A stretch of 64,000 nucleotides of DNA from Balanoglossus misakiensis (taxonomy: Eukaryota > Animalia > Hemichordata). Below, piece by piece: positions 62,161 through 64,000 of this stretch. The stretch is taken from positions 6,801,082-6,865,081 of the forward strand of contig CM082591.2 of assembly GCA_040954595.2 (NCBI GenBank), given 5' to 3'. Below the pieces are notes generated by a model. It made no database searches, was not told where the DNA came from, and saw only the letters and a list, made by a program, of their open reading frames with translations. The translations under genes and the position numbers were made by a program. Within the stretch, counting starts at the first letter, position 1. Each line of letters opens with the position of its first letter.

Positions 62161-64000
62161 GTAGGTAGTATTTTACATTTTTCCAGAGTATATACATGTA
62201 CATGTATTTTCAGCACTTCAAACCACAGTTGCAATACATGTGTATGTATACAATTTTTGTTCCATTTATATTTCTGTATATGATACATCCATTGTGTATC
62301 TGGTGACTGGTAGTGCAGTATTTGAGTGATGGGTCTTGTATCATGTGTACATGCTACTCACAAACACTTTAAAAAAGCATTTTTGGGATGTGCACAGCAG
62401 TAGTGTCCTAGTCTTTTAAATGCAGTTGTAAAAAAATAAATACTAGTAAAACTAAACAGAGTGGTGTTTCAGGAGCGACTTTTTTCAAATACTGCACTTT
62501 TGGTAATTCCAGTATACAGTCAACATACATGTATGCCCGCGCCCGTGCGAGATTTGCAATGGGTGTATTGATGTGTCTCTTGCCATCATCCAGTCATCAT
62601 GGAAGTGCCATAAATATCTTTGAAGTCTTCACGATTGAGGCGTTTGTATTAAGTGCTGTGAAACTTTGAAATTACGTACACGCAATTATTTTCCAGATCA
62701 AAGATTTAATTTACATTTTTGTGGAATGTTGAATTTTTGGCAGAAACCAGGCCCCTACCTGTGTGTGTGTTTGTTTGTTTATTTGTTTGTTTATTTGTGT
62801 GTTTGTTTGTTTTTGCAGGCTTATGTTTATATCAATAATGAAATCTTATGTTTTTTTGTTTCAGTAATGAGCTAAGTTTAATTAAGCCTCTAACAGAAAA
62901 AGAGATGCAAGCCGTGGAAACGCTTGAGAGTGCACACAGTTTAATCTCAGAGGAATTTGTAAGTAGTCACATTTTTTACTCAGAACACACACAACAGCCG
63001 TGAGCAGTTGTATGTTGGAACCACAAGAGGAAATTATTACATTATTCAGAAAAAAAAAACCTGCATTCAAACTTTAGACAAACAGATCTACAACACTAGT
63101 CTAACTTAACCCTTTCACCACCATGGTTCAGTCCAAACCCATTGTTTTCTGTGGTAAGTTTGGACCACTAAAGAGGGAACTGGGGGGGTGAGAGGGTTAA
63201 GGGGCAACTGGGGATGCATATTGCAAAGTCATATACTGGTCCACGCTGTGAAAAACAAATATTAATAATTGGCATCTCAAAATTCTTTGGAAGAAATGTG
63301 AGAAAAAAGTTGATATCTCAAACAATGGAGTTCCATAATACAATGCCCAGCTGTTATAGCAATTTACAGTTTTCAGTACAATAACCTCTGATATACATTG
63401 TACTCTGCTCTAAACTTTGATTGTGTGAACCCCACACCATCACGTGTTAACCCTACACCCACACATTACATAGTTTTCAAATCAAAAGAAGAAATAGTTT
63501 CACGTACGTCAACTGGCCAGTAAGATTTATCATGCTACTAGCAGTTTTGATAAGGAGTGGTTTGATTGATTATCTTTTATTCTGGACATATAGGGCATGT
63601 ACATCATGTGGCAACTTGCTTGTAGGATCTGGTATTCTAGTTATATGACTTTTCATACAGGTGTTACTCTAGCAGAATACAAATATAGACGTCTTAAATT
63701 AAACTGACATGCTACAAGTACATGTACATGTACATGTACATCATCTACATGTACATGTATGTAACCATCAAGAATATTAGTCTATATACTGTTCTGGTAT
63801 GGTGTCATTGGCTACTATATGCAGGACTACATGATTTCGCGAAAATTACCCGTTTTACGTATGCCCGCTGAAATACGTGATTCTATTCTTACTTTTGATT
63901 TGAAAGGCATGTGATGTGTGGGTGTACATATACAATGTATGTCCATCACTAGGCACTGTTCAATGCCCTCCAATGTCAGATAAGACTCCTTCCATTCCAG

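Overview
This is intron-rich, AT-rich invertebrate animal DNA. The gene and repeat content suggests a hemichordate/echinoderm/amphioxus-type deuterostome, which is an inference. I reconstructed three complete genes by hand from GT-AG junctions. They are a 7-exon CILP-like extracellular protein with an apparent N-terminal type II membrane anchor (13140-21312, +), a 10-coding-exon peroxisomal D-aspartate oxidase-family flavoenzyme (23468-29792, +), and a 9-coding-exon secreted proteinase K/aqualysin-type subtilase (40322-35202, -). The first exons of two unidentified genes run off each end of the window. Introns and intergenic DNA carry many non-autonomous DNA transposons (TTAA-, TA- and TAG..CTA-bounded MITEs), micro- and minisatellites and a ~127-bp satellite. 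The most notable observations are: (1) a 1.18-kb foldback element carrying four near-consensus CTCF motifs in divergent, boundary-like orientation, each next to a YY1-like motif; (2) extreme local enrichment of the Tc1-footprint octamer TACATGTA, which can be seen inserted into a Penelope-type hammerhead ribozyme; (3) altered substrate-pocket residues in both the oxidase and the subtilase; (4) a tandemly duplicated CILP promoter; and (5) a tandem exon array that looks like a spliced non-coding RNA. All coordinates were counted manually and no database searches were run.
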